This document shows, one piece after another, positions 12,645-27,443 of a DNA stretch of 64,000 nucleotides. This DNA is from the human T2T-CHM13v2.0 reference genome, Homo sapiens. The position numbers were made by a program, and so were the translations under genes. The stretch lies in NCBI RefSeq assembly GCF_009914755.1, contig NC_060942.1; one strand, written 5' to 3'. The first letter of the stretch is position 1; each line of letters opens with the position of its first letter. The notes below the pieces were generated by a model. It was not told the origin of the DNA. It saw only the letters and a program-made list of their open reading frames with translations, and searched no databases.

Positions 12645-14969
12645 GTGTTTCTATTGTTAATGGTCACCTGTTTTTATAGAAAGAAAAATATCCCAGTTGT
12701 CCCTCTTATTTCCCAGTATTCTTGCCCAGACCAGCTTAAGAAAATTGATAGAACAAAACTTTTGACTAGTCTTACTCCTGAAAATGGCATGTAACTTCAC
12801 ACTAGAATTCCATTGCAACACTGCAGCCTTCAATGGGCTTTGCACTACTTCCCAGTGTCCATGAGCCCTGACTCTGTGAGCCTCTTGTTCCCATCAGCGG
12901 TGCACCCCTCATTACTACCTTACCTTTGTTGCCACAGGCACAAAACAGGTCAAGGCTGCTGAGACAGTGGAGGCTGGTGAGGTCTTGCTATCAGATCAGA
13001 TCCATACCAGGGACTCAGCTTCAAGCCTGGGAGAGCATTCCATGCTGCAATCCCTTGGGAAACTGGTTCGGTTCTGGTCTTTCAGTCGTTGGAAGCACTG
13101 ACTTCAATATGTCCATCAATTTTCCACAGTAGCAACATGTATGGAAACATACAAAGATTCCACAGGATTTTTGTATTAATTATTAAGTGGCATGCGCTGA
13201 GTTTGCTGAGTGGTCAATCTAATGGCAAAATTAAAACACACATAGAACATATATATGGACATAGAACATATGTAACATATATGTTACATGGAATACAATA
13301 TGACTGAAGATAATAACAATACTATTTTGGGAGGCCTTAACATTTTTAGCAGCATAAAAAAATAAATGTTTGGAACATCCAAAGTCATATTATGTGTGTC
13401 CTGTGGAGAAAATTCCATAGAAATAATTCGGGCTTTCTAGGCTTTTGCAGACACCCAGCGCCTGCTGGCAATAAACAGAGGCACTAAAGCAAAGCACAAG
13501 TGGGCAGCCAGATATAAATATCCCCCTCGTCGACAGATACAGCGTGGGACACTGTGGGCTACAGAATCAGGAAGGAGGGAAAGGAAAAATCTCTAGTCCT
13601 AAGTTTTTTTACTGCCCTGTCCCATTTTTTTTTAAACTACTCTGTTTTTCCAACCCTGCCTAATCGAGATTTCAAGGCAGCTTGAGCCTGTCTTTCCCTG
13701 GTTCCTGAGGTCTCCACTGATGACAGCTGAAGCATGTTTCCTGACAGAATTCTGCCTCCTGGCAAGGTAGACACAGACTCCGGGGACATAGTGTGTCAGA
13801 GCTTCTAGAGCTCCTGGAGTCCAGGCACCTGCAGTTGAGGGCCGTGACTGTATTGTTGCCCGTGGGGCTTTGCTTTGAAGGCGTGCTAAGGGGGAGAGGG
13901 AGTGGGGCCCTGCCCAGAGGTGCAGCCTCTGCTTCACCTCCCATTCTTGACGTGGGGATCCAGAGCATGGGCAGACCAAGAATCTTGTGTACAGTTAGAA
14001 AGGTCAACGGGAAGAACAGGCTCTCTTCCTGGGAGTGATATAAAGTGCGGGGAGGGAGACTCCTTACATTAGGAATAATTGAATGTGGAGAATAATCCCT
14101 ATTCCCTCAGGGTACATTTTAATAATGCAAGTGACTGATCCACTTAATGTCTGCCTGATTTGAACTGTACATTGCCTGGCTTTTCATTAATAATAAATCC
14201 ACAGGTAAACAAATGCTTCACATTAAATGCCTCTTAAAAGTGTTTAGTGTCTACTGCCAGAAAACCTATTAAGCACCCTGGCCTAAGAAAGGCAAAATTG
14301 AACAGAAACCGTATGTAATGTGATAGAAACACCTTTGCATTGTCTTGTAACAGGAAAGTTCACATATACCTTTAGAATGCATTTTGGGAAAATTCCAAAT
14401 AATGGCTTATTCTCTTAGTTATAAAATAATAAAAATGTAATAAATCATGTATGGTTAATAATACTTGATTTACTATCAATAATAAAAATACATATTTAAA
14501 TGTATATTTAAACATAAATTTAAAAAAAATAAATGCATATGCTATATACTTCTCTATCCTATGGATATAATGAAGTTAGGGGGCAAGAAGGAGAGCTTTT
14601 ATTCTTGTCTGTCCTCAGCCTTTAAGTTGCCTGAACTAAATCATCCTTGAAGTTATTTCTCCTGCAGTAAAAAGGACCATTTAGACAGGTGTCAAGGATT
14701 TAACAATAAGTAGCATTTACTTAATATATGCTTTTTTATTATGTTCTCACAACGAAATTAAAATGCAACTTTCCTTACCAGATGGCCTAAAAGTGTTCTA
14801 AAATCAGAAACTTAGATTTTAGTGTTCTTAGAATTTCATTTGTGGTGTTTTCATTTCTGTTCGTTCTCTTTTAATTACCAAGGGCTGAATTAACCTCTGG
14901 TGAGATCATCTGCTGTCTCTTTCTATTTCACTGGTTGACCTAGCCCACTGACTCTTTACATCTAAGATC

Positions 14970-15150
14970 AGAGAATTTTCTGAATTTGGAAAAGCCCATA
15001 AAGACCATCTTGAGCACTGCTCCCTTTTTTAACTGGATGAAGAAATTAAGTAACTGTATTAAGTGACTTGTAACAGATCAAGTTAGTATCAGCAGTTTCT
15101 AGATTTTAGATGTCCAGATTCCCAGTCCCAGACTGTTCCCTCTTAGGATG
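14970..15150 (-). mobile_element. MIR (MIRc/MIR3-like)
   Basis: agaccatct...gatgaagaaattaag...aagtgacttg...gattcccagtccca. Confidence 0.5.
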
Positions 15151-16189
15151 ACCACCTCTTATCAGTTTTTGCCCTATCACCATACTTTTCATGGGTTTCT
15201 ACATGCTCTGCCTATTTTCCTTCTGCTTCTGATTTCTAAGTAGCCTATCCAAGTATTTAACCACATGCATAGCCAGAAAATTTATTCTTAAGTCCAACAC
15301 ACATCTGTATAATTGCCTCCACCTCATCTTTTGTAGTCTACAGCATGTCAATCATTCATCCATTTGTTCATTCAGCAAATATTTGAATTTCTATGATGTT
15401 GTTTAACGTTTTTAAATCACTTTGTTAAATCATTTTAAAAATGTAAAAGTATATTGATTATATGCTTCCGAGTTTTTGATCTCCTGTGAAATGTCAAGCC
15501 TTTCTTTTCAACCCATTGTTATTTTGGCTAACCATTTATGAGGAATATGTGAGTGTGGAAGCCTGCATTTATGAATGTGGATGTGTATAAAATAAAAGTG
15601 CATACTTTGGCATTGAGGACAAAACAAAATTTGATATAAGAGAATTCATAACAGCTGTGAGAATTCTAAGTCACCATCAATAATAGCAATATCTCTTTCC
15701 AGCAACACCCATTTTCCTTAAGGCCACTGAAGCATAATATTATAACCTTCTTCATAAAGCTGTTAGATAGAGCTATGGAATAGTTCTTTAGAATTAAATG
15801 TAGAAAACTCCAGAATTTCGGAAGTGAATTATAAAGCCAGACTGATTTAAGTGTAAGAAGAAATTTCACTTGAATAAATTCTACTCGCTGAGTCATTGCA
15901 ATCATAGATTTAATGTAGTTTGAAACCACAAAACTTTTATAGTTTTAGGCCATGAAAGTAAAGAATAAATTCCCCTAAACAACTTTGTTGTTTTCTTTCT
16001 TTTTGGTTATAGTCCACTGTTGAAGTCACTCTTTGTCCCTTTCTTTCAACATGGTATATGAATGTTTTCTTTGCCTCATGCATCAACTAGTAACAAAGGT
16101 GAGTTGACTGTGAGAACAGTGTCCAATAACTTGTCATATGTGAATAGGCTTCCATACAAATGAAGCAAATTTAACACCTGTTTAGAAAT

Positions 16190-16395
16190 GCAAAGTCATA
16201 GACCTTCTGAATTAGGTACACTGTACTTTCAATGACTTGAGCAAGTCATTGGAACTCTCTGAGGCTCAGATTTTTGGTCACTGCAATGAAAAACAGCATC
16301 TGCCTCGTGGGGTTTTTATAAGGATTAAGAGTCATAGCTAATCATGACACCTGGAATTTAGCAGCCCATTTATGTTATTACTTTTTGTTGTTGCT
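16190..16395 (+). mobile_element. MIR
   Basis: tgacttgagcaagtca...ctctctgaggctcag...tataaggattaa. Confidence 0.6.
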
Positions 16396-17818
16396 GATGT
16401 CATTAAGATGTGAGTAGCCCAAGACTTTAATGAGTTATATTTTTCTGGACCAATTCTATTTTATACCACATACCAGAACCATCTTCTCTCTGTATCCATT
16501 CTGTAGAAAACCTGAGAACTTCTTCATAGCTTTGGGCATTTAAAATTAGTAAATTACTAAAATATACATACTCTATGCTTATACTAAAGAGGCAAACCTA
16601 AGTGATACTGAGAAGAAGTGCTAATGGATAGAGGTGCGTTATACTCAGAAAGATAGATGGTGTAGGATATTTATTACTCACGTTATTCACTGCATTTACG
16701 TGGTCAGGAAGGTTCTGGAAATAAAATGTTCTATTTTGTACCCAATCCTAATGTGTTAGTGTATCAGTTGGACAGAAATTTTCTTATTCTTTCTTAAGAT
16801 CAGTTATAGGTCTGGAAGTCACTAAACATGATTTCCTACCATTCTTTGACTATTTGAGTTAGTTTCTTAGTTGTTTTTTTCCTACCTTTGTAGAAAAATC
16901 GCACTCATAGTGTGATTTTTAGGATAGTGATAATAATAGTAAGTGCATTTGAAAAAGGAAGGCAATTTATGTTTCCATAGTTATTTCATGTGATCATCAC
17001 AACTGCTCCATAAAATAGAAATTTCGTTGTAATTTATTCTTTTAGGTATAACTTAGGGATATAAAAAATAAAGCTATATCTGCCCCATCTACTTGAGTCA
17101 ATACACTCTTTGCCCTTAGTAAGTAAGTAACCTCATTGAGGAAAGGTGCTAAGGTAGTGGAACAATTGCAGACAGAATGTTTCTAGCAATAAATACATGC
17201 CAAAACCAATAAAGCAGGCATCTGGGCTTTTCATTCAGATGGGTAAGCGAAGGAAGATCTCTCTCCAGACTTCTTCATCCTGAAGAGGAGATTGTTATGG
17301 CGTCTACTGTTTACAAGTTTAACAACTTGGTCTTTTGTGGTTCTTTAAGATTTTTGCGGCATGAGGTTTAAAAAGATCAGTTAATCATCTTCATGGCAGG
17401 CAAATTTTGAGGAAAAGAGAAAAGATACCGGCAAAAGAAATCAAGTTTCCTTTGCTAGACGCCATTACAGAATGTTCCTACAGAGAAGAAATGGCAAGTG
17501 CATAGATGTCCGCAATCCAACAACAAAGTGTGAAACTGGGAATGGCTCTGTACTAGAGTTAGCTATCTTCCAGTCTAGCAATTTCCGTAGCCCTGCTATA
17601 ATTGACTAGCGGGATTAAGGACAAATGAAGCTGCCTGGACTTTTATTTTTTTATCGTGACTAAGAGTATATATGTAGAATAATTATAAAGAGGGCACCTC
17701 GGCGGTCCATTCTGATCAGAAACTGGAATGTTGCCAGCTCTCAGAACTTAGTGTTTGCTTCCTCCAACCTCATGTTTTACTACCTCTGGTTCATTCCTAA
17801 AGAAAATAATGTAGTTTC

Positions 17819-18680
<862 letters not shown>

Positions 18681-19960
18681 ACAGAATTATTTTTAAAAAA
18701 TGAAATAAAATGCCACTTGAGAGTTTCTGTGCTAACGTTTGCAATAGAAAGTTCAAGCAGAATCCCAAAGTTGAATTCTTAAGTTGATGGTTCCATAGTT
18801 ATTTTTAACTGTCATATAATTGAAAACCTTTATTCCCTTCAAATTTCTTTTTCTTTTCTAGATAAAGTCTTGACAGTTCTTTTTTCTTATCTTCTTATTC
18901 ATCTCCCCTCCCCACTTAGATGAAGTAATGCAAGGCTTGTAATTTAGAGCTTAGAGCAATCTCTAAGGAAAGAAAAATGCAGGAAGATTGCCCTTGGCCT
19001 TAGGCTTTAGAGAATCTTCCATTTTGCATTGGAAATAGGCATATTCTTGGCAGAGATTGCTGTTGTTTAAACCTCTTCTGATGCCACCTAATGGGAGGCT
19101 AGGAAAGGGAACCTTCAAGAGATGCCAGGCTTAATATTAAAAACAAGTAGTTGGACAGCGATTTAGTGAGCATAAGGAACATAATGACAGGTAAGGAGAG
19201 AGGAGATGATTTCACCTACCCGTGCTAAAAATGGCTTTGGAATGATTTATATGCCATCAACTCATTACAGCCCTAACTATCACCAAGGATCACCAAGGCA
19301 ACGAGGATTATTCTTCACACACATCCCTCAGGCTTTATCTCCATCTTCTAAAGCAATTTTGCTATTCCTTCCAACCTGATTATTTACACATGGATGGCAG
19401 TATTTAGGTGGGGCAAAATGGATATGCTATTGCCATCCACCCATGTCCAGATTTAATCTTAGACAGTCATATGTCTCTTATGCAGACAACAAAAACTGTA
19501 TTGTTTTATGCTTATTGAGAGCTGTTATGGCAGAAATACAGAAAGTGAGGTATTCCTTGAATTCAAACTTGGAGTCAGAGATTCAATTTTAGTTCTTACC
19601 AGCTAAGTTCTTATATTTTGCCCACATGTATCACTGAGCAGAGGGAGTCAAACGTACGCTGCATGAGATAATTTCAGGAGCTGATGATACATTTTATGGA
19701 TTTAAGTTTCCATAACCCTTGATAGACATTTAGGTGTTGTTTTTAATTCGAAGTTTTTGTTGTATGTGTGTTATTTGTATGAAATTTTTGTCCTCTGTAA
19801 CTCTGAGTATCCATGATGTCCAGCATTACTTTCTGTTTTGTTTTCTTTTTAGCATCCTTTATTTTTTCACTTTCTTTCTTTCAATGAAGTTTTATTTTTG
19901 AGAGGTCTAAGGCACTTGCCTTATGAAACTATCTTCTGAAAGCACACTAAAAGAAAATTA

Positions 19961-20338
<378 letters not shown>

Positions 20339-21399
20339 CTATAATATGTAATAAGATAAATTCACATATTTAAGGCCAGCACTTCCTCTTAGTCTTTGCT
20401 CACATCCTTAAAATAAGAATAAATTGATTTTTTGATAAAGTAGTTGTAATCATTTTATAAGCTGAAATGAAATGTTCTCGTTTGCTGCCATGAGTATTTC
20501 AGGTTGGTTTCCCATTATTTGAGTCATTATTTTTGCTTGGGAGATTTCTTTATAAAGATAAATATATACAAAGTATTATAAGAAGGCTCCTTTGGAATAT
20601 GCAATTAGAAAGTTACAGGGTATCATAGCTGGGATGGTCTTAGAATTCATCTTCTAACTCTTATTTCAAATATGATTTGCCCTAAATGGCACAGCATAAT
20701 ATGCAATAGGGCAAAGACTAGAACAGTCTTTTTTTTGAAATTCTTCCTCCTAGAATAGTAATAATAGTGATAAATCTTTTATTGTGTAGTTTATAAGTGT
20801 GTGTGTATGTGTGTGTGTGTGCTTCTGCATTTATAATCCTCACACCTCTGTTGGATTAGGCTGAACAGATAAGACCTGTATCTTATAAACCAAGAAACCA
20901 AGGCTCAAGGTTAAGAGCATAGTTTGAACTTGAATCTTCAATCTGCATGCAGTTCTGCACTGCCTTTGTGTGTTAGTCTTCTTTTAAGGAACGTTAGGAT
21001 GGACCTATCTGGAATTGTCATGAGTCAAAAATGCAAACTAAAAATCTGGAAGCAATTGAATTAAAAAGGTACAACTGATTTTAGAAAAGGCAAAAGCAGG
21101 AAGTTGCCAATAGTTTCATTTGAAGAGAAATTATGTCAAAATCACTAACTCAGTACATAGAATCACCCTAGAAAATTGTACTGGATCAAGAAAGAAGGGA
21201 AAATTATGGAAAATTTTAAATATATCCCAGGAAAGAAGAATGAATTAATAAGAGCACATATACTAATGTATTGGACATATGCTTTTGCAACTAAAAGTTG
21301 CTATTCACCTTTCTTTCGGGGAGGGAATGCCAGGATAATTTTCTTCTAGATAAATCACGACCCGCACTCTTAGCCTCTGTGCTGCAGGTTGGGCTCAAT

Positions 21400-21900
21400 T
21401 TCCACTCAAGAGTGGACCATGTGCCTGGTCTAAACTTATCACAATATCTTGTTTTCCTGACATTATGCTTGATTCAAGGATGACCTTAAGGCCCAATCAG
21501 AATCAAAGACAAAATGAGACTTTTGTTTTGTTTGTTTTGTTTTGTTTTGAGACAGAGTCTCACTGTTGCCCAGGTTGGAGTGCAGTGGCGCGATCTCGGC
21601 TCACTGCAGCCTCGAACTCACAATGAGACATTTTTAGAGACTTCTGGATAAGAGACTTATTACTGAAAGGAGTTGCTGCTGACATCTTTTGTCTCTGCAG
21701 AGAAGGCCAGACTGGGAATGTTGCAATTTCAGGTTAAGAGATATGGAGCAAGAGAAACCTCGCCACAGGGACCCAGTTTTACTCCCTGAATTAAGCCATA
21801 GCTGAAGCCATCTCTACTGCAGTATTTATAAATTACACAGACAAATTATTTTTTGCTTAGGAAAGTTATCTGGTCACTTGGAAATGAAAGATTTATCACA
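21400..21900 (+). mobile_element. MLT1J/K-like MaLR LTR, interrupted by an Alu fragment
   Basis: ggcccaatcaga...agccatagctgaagcca...tttttgctta...gtcacttggaa. Confidence 0.5.
21521..21619 (-). mobile_element. 5'-truncated AluJ-like right-arm fragment
   Basis: (TTTTG)n tail plus gagacagagtctcactgttgcccagg...ctgcagcctcgaactc; TSD core aatgagac on both sides. Confidence 0.88.
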
Positions 21901-22457
21901 TCACATAGCTTAGAAAGACTATGGATGCCTGGAAGACCTGGACCAACACTGAGTTGGGATGCGCACACCAGCTAGAGCAGCACTGTTATTGACGTTGTTG
22001 TCATCATCATTCTAGCTAAGGTTGCCTTTTAAGTGACATGAGGAATATCTGTTTTAATTATCTCAGCAATTCTGAGGCTATGACTATCCCCATTTTTCAG
22101 ATGAGGACACTAAGCCCTGCCTTTTAACCACTGTGGTATTCACACTAGAACCAGGTTTCCAAGATTAGCTATCAGTAGTCTTTTGAATCACATTCACGGT
22201 TTTTTAAATACTCCAGATTTTTCCTTCAAGTATCTGTTCAATGTGTTCAGTTCTGAAGCTGCTATCAATTCAACCACTGATCTGCTCTTCTTTCCCCTCT
22301 CCAGCTGAAAAGAATCTCTCTCTGTCCTCTAGGCTCATTTAGCAATTTAGCCATCAATTATAACTTACATACAGATTTAGATATAAATATAGACAGATAA
22401 ATACATAAATAAATATATAGTTATACACACACAAACATCTCTTTCTATCTATATATC

Positions 22458-22458
<1 letters not shown>

Positions 22459-22508
<50 letters not shown>
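22459..22508. repeat. (TATC)12 tetranucleotide STR
   Basis: 12 perfect units counted. Confidence 0.97.
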
Positions 22509-22534
22509 AATTTGTAGTTTCTCATATGTTTTAA

Positions 22535-22740
22535 GAGTGAGTCTTGGTACCAGAAAACATGGATTGGCATCACTGCTTCATAAAGGCTTGTTGTATGGCC
22601 TTAGGCAAACTATTTAAACTATCTCATCAGAAATATGCTCCAAATAATACCCAAGCCATGATATTGCTGGGAAGATTAGATAGTTTGAGAAAGAACTTTA
22701 CAACCTGCAAAATTCTGTATAAGAGATTATTATATTTATT
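22535..22740 (+). mobile_element. MIR
   Basis: tgtatggccttaggcaaactatttaaact...ctcatcagaaa. Confidence 0.5.
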
Positions 22741-25700
22741 TTTACTCCCCATAGCACTGAAGCTCTAGATGTAGTTGGAGCTCAATAAATATTTGTGGAA
22801 TGGGATTCAATTCAGGGGTGAGTGACAGCCTATATAAGTAAGAAAAGAGATAAGAATCTCTTGTTGGCTTTGATGGCATCCCACCTTCCCATCTATACAT
22901 GTCACCTTTTCTTTTTTGCCTCTTTCTTACTACTGTTTACCCTTCATGCTCTATGTTATATACCTCTGATTTCTTCACCCCTTCATTTTTTTTAGCAAAC
23001 TCCAGGAACATGTCAGAGACATGCTGGTGACTTTCTAGACTAACAGGCTAGTGATTCTGAGTTAAACTTTGCAAATTATTTATTCACAATCACAATATGC
23101 TCAAACTGTCTTTGGAAGTTGCACTAACAACTTTCTGATTGACAGGGTAGGTGCCTTTGCCAAGTACTCCTATGGCCAGAAATTAATCACCAGACTTAGG
23201 GTGATGAACTAACTATTGGTGGTCATGAATGCAGTTAACATACGCTAGAAAACAATAACATGCACTAGAAACCAAGGGACTTCATTCCATTATCTTCTAC
23301 CGTATGCAACTTTTTATGATTCCTTTTTTAGTCCATCAGGATAATGCACTGTAAATCATCTGCTAGACAAGGCATCTACAAAGCTCTATTAATTCATCAT
23401 AAATACACACATGTGATTGTGCACATAGTATGGTTATCATTTCTGAACTCTAAATATATTAAGTTTAACTGATATTCTTCAGCCCAATTGCCCCCATGCA
23501 CAAATTTGCACAGTCTTCCAAAGGTAGCTAATTAATGAAGGACATTTTTAATATTTGCTGAGTATTGCTATTTATGTGTTATTAGAAAATGCACCCCTAC
23601 CTCTGATTTCCCCTTTAATAGGAAGATGGCTTTCAGTTTGGCACGCACAATTTCTCTCATGCTGATGTAAAAAGTAGTTGAATTATGAGGCTTAATGGCA
23701 TTTAGCATCTTTAATCTCCCTACTCACAGTTCTGCTGGTTATTTAGCCAGGGGAGTTCTTGTGGAAATACGCAGCATCTTGGTTTATAGTAGCAAACCAA
23801 TAAGCAAATGTACCTGTATTTGAAGTGACAATGCCATTGAAGTTTTGGTCACCAGCTCTAAAGCTTCAAATCAGAGAAAAGGGCTTGTGCTTGGAATAGT
23901 GCCTCTTTACATTTTTACTTTCTTATTCTCCATCACTTTGTGGGAACTAGATAAAAGATGACTAGGGACAGGGCCATTACTTTCTTTGATGGCTTCAATA
24001 TATCAGAAGGGGGCAGCCTTTCGTGTAAAGTTCCTCAAATGGGAATACTCTCTTTTATAGCTAGCCACCAGCTGTGAAATTGAGACTAGTCAGGAAATCA
24101 GTGAAGAAGAGGAAAATTTAGGCATGGCCCTGGGAAAAGAGGGAAGAGAAGAAAATGACAACTTTTTTTTCTGGTGTCTTTGACAGTTTAATAACATCTC
24201 TTTCATGGTGGAACACATGAGCTATCTGTGCCATGGCTCCAGGAAATATAGTCAAGTCCAACATACGTGTTTCTGAACACTAGCTTTGAGAATATAATCA
24301 ACACGGCAAAAATTATAGAGTATCTGAGAGACAGAAAATTCAAATAGGGACCTCTTTCTATATTGGCTCTCTACAATATCATTAAAAAAATGGTCCTGAA
24401 GCAATCTCTTTGATAAATCAACAACTATAATATCTGATATTTTGGTAAGCTGTATGAGGATACAATTTTTTGATCTGTTTCGTTCTCTTTTGCCACTTCA
24501 GTGCCTACAAAAGCTAGCGTAAGATAGGTACTCTGTAAATATTTATTGATCAATGTGCAATAAAAACACTGGAGAGAAGTATTTCATTTCAACTCCTTCC
24601 TTCTGAAGAGCACAAAGGCTTTGGAGTAAAATACCCAGAAATAAATCTGCCTTTTTAAAATCAAGAATTCTTTGAGAAGTTGTCACAAAATATCAGAAAT
24701 TAACTGAAATGAATTTAACTGAAATGCATTTTTATTTTTACTTTTATACTTTTCTAGTAAAATGTAAAGAGTTATACAAATTTAGAAGAATATATCTCTT
24801 TCTATTTATCTATATCTATTTTTATATCCATCCTTTTCAAATGATAAATTGCATTATGACCTATTACTAAATATTCCCTGAATAATTAGCTTTTCTTGGT
24901 AAAGTTTATTGCTGTTCGGTTTGGTTTAACGTGTATATTTCACTTTATACTTTGAATGATAATTTAGAATCATAGCCATAAGTCACAAAGTTTAAAGAAA
25001 AGTGAAAAATAAACTGAATAAGAGTTAACAGTAATTCTGGTTGTTACAGATCTTCTCAGGTTTAACAACGTAAAATATGACTTAGGTTAGGAAAGGTTTG
25101 GAAAAAATGTTTTTAATTTGACAAGGGCCTCTAAATATAACTCACTTTATATAGCAATGTCCCATTTCCATAACCTTAATTGCTTTCTCTTTCTTCCTTT
25201 TCTTTCACTCCCTCTCATCTCCGCATTATTCTCTTTATGTATTTTGCATTCAAAGCCACCTACTTTCGAAACTTACTGCCTAGAAGCAGATAGTGAATGT
25301 TTCAGAATTTGTGTTTCTTGAAACAGCATTTTTTTCATAGCTGAATTATAATAACTGGAGAAATCTGAGGATCTGAAGGTTGCAGTAATTTAGTAAAAGA
25401 GATCTGGAATCATTTTCCCAGTGAAAATACCAGCTGTACTATGAGGGCTGATTTTTCTTCTTTGATGAATTCTACACTGTGAAAGATACATAAGGTGAGT
25501 GGGATACCAGGAAAGGACAAGGAAGAAGGAACGTGGCTTCTAGCCCAGCACTTTGGTCTCATTTCCATTTATGAGGACAGAGATTTGTCAGCACATCAGC
25601 CTATCTTGGGAAGACTGCTCATTGGACGAATGTTTAGATACAGTAAGAACATTAGATCCAACATTATATGTGAAGATATTGATTTGATTTAAAAAGGAGA

Positions 25701-25816
25701 AAGAGAAAGAGAGAGAGAGAGAGATGGAGAGACAGAGAGACAGGACCAAGCTGATTGAAGCAAAGCCAACTGGCTGTTAGTTTGCAGGGACTCTCAGTAA
25801 GCTCTTTGCAAAAGGT

Positions 25817-25929
25817 AGCATAGTGCAGTGGTTTAGACTAACGCACAGATATACCTCTGTCGATGGACAACTTTGGTTCAAATCCCAGTTTCTCTCTTTA
25901 CTAGTATTATAACCCTGGGCAAGTTATTT
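25817..25929 (+). mobile_element. MIR 5' part
   Basis: agcatagtgcagtggttta...ggttcaaatcccagtt...tactag...accctgggcaagttattt. Confidence 0.7.
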
Positions 25930-26138
25930 GCTCAAGAGATACATCTGCCTCAGCCTCCTGAGGAGCTGGGACTACAGGCACACATGCACCACCATGCCCA
26001 GATAATTTTTTTTTTTTTTGGAGAGACATGGTCTCGCTTTGTTGCCGAGACTGGTCTCGAGCTCCTGGCTTCAAGCAATCCTCCCACCTCAGCTTTCCAA
26101 AGTGTTAGGATTACCGAGACGAGCCACTGCACCCAGCC
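25930..26138 (-). mobile_element. AluJ lacking its 3' end
   Basis: gagctcctggcttcaagcaatcctcccacctcagc (J type); stops mid right arm with no tail. Confidence 0.88.
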
Positions 26139-27100
26139 TAAACCACTACTTTAGGCAGTAATCTACCTCACTTAATCACCCAATGCTATGGCATAAACCT
26201 TGGGCATATGGCTCTAGTCACATTCCTTTAGGAATATTCTCAGTTGCACTTAGTACCAGAACACAATAATTACTAAACATTTAGAACTTCATTGGAGAGT
26301 AGGTACATGTCTTTTCCAGAGAATGTCTCGAGTAGCTAACATATCACTAAGACGGTATTTTTTACAAAGCACACGCTCACTGGGAAGGTGTTCACTTTAT
26401 TCTCGAATGCTTAAAGAATGCATTGAAATTCAGCTTTATAAATGTGCCTCAACTATGGGCTTCCTGGTAACCAGCATGGAAACCAAACTTGCCAAATGAG
26501 GAGTGTTTTCTTTGGGAAGACAGTCGAATGAGGAGTCAAAACTGTGGATGTGTTAAAGCATGTTACATCATACATGTAGCCATGCCCAAAAGCTAAGCAC
26601 TACATAGCCAGACAGAAAACATTTTTTCCTTCACTTTCAGATATAAATTATCACCTGTAACATTTCTGTAGAAAAAGAGAACTCACATACATAAGACAGA
26701 TTTAGGAGCAAGTTGAAATAGTCAAAGGAAGCTTCTGTTCATAGCAGTAAAAATAATGAACAATTATACAAGTTAAACTTTTGTTTATCTTTCCACTGGA
26801 ATGGCTAATAGTTTCTTAGTTTAAAGGAAATCTTTAGATTGGTTTCGAGTCAGGAAAAGGTTGACCAAAGGTAAGCCCCTGATGTGAAATGTTAGACAAA
26901 TTAATGTGAGCACTTCAGAATTCTTTCTTTGGTGGACATGTATGTCAAAGTTGAAGGTAGTTCTTTCATTCTCCCTCACCCAATAATTAAAGTCAAAAAT
27001 AGATATGAAAGCAAACCTAATCATACAATTCCCTAAGTATTCTACTCTTCTTCAGAATTTACCAGCATTAGGGTGGTTAAATTAGAATACCAACACTGTC

Positions 27101-27443
<343 letters not shown>

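Noticed and set aside
13452-13472. CTCF-like motif (reverse strand ccagcaggcgctg)
   Set aside because: Lacks the GGCGC register of the core; several mismatches.
13632-14038. Three overlapping ORFs of 81-115 aa
   Set aside because: Expected from stop-codon scarcity in a GC-richer patch; no recognisable motifs.
16230-16251. 10-bp-arm palindrome caatgacttg-ag-caagtcattg
   Set aside because: Derived from the quasi-palindromic MIR core.
22379-22458. 17/21 inverted repeat before the TATC STR
   Set aside because: Low-complexity GATA/TATC composition explains the match.
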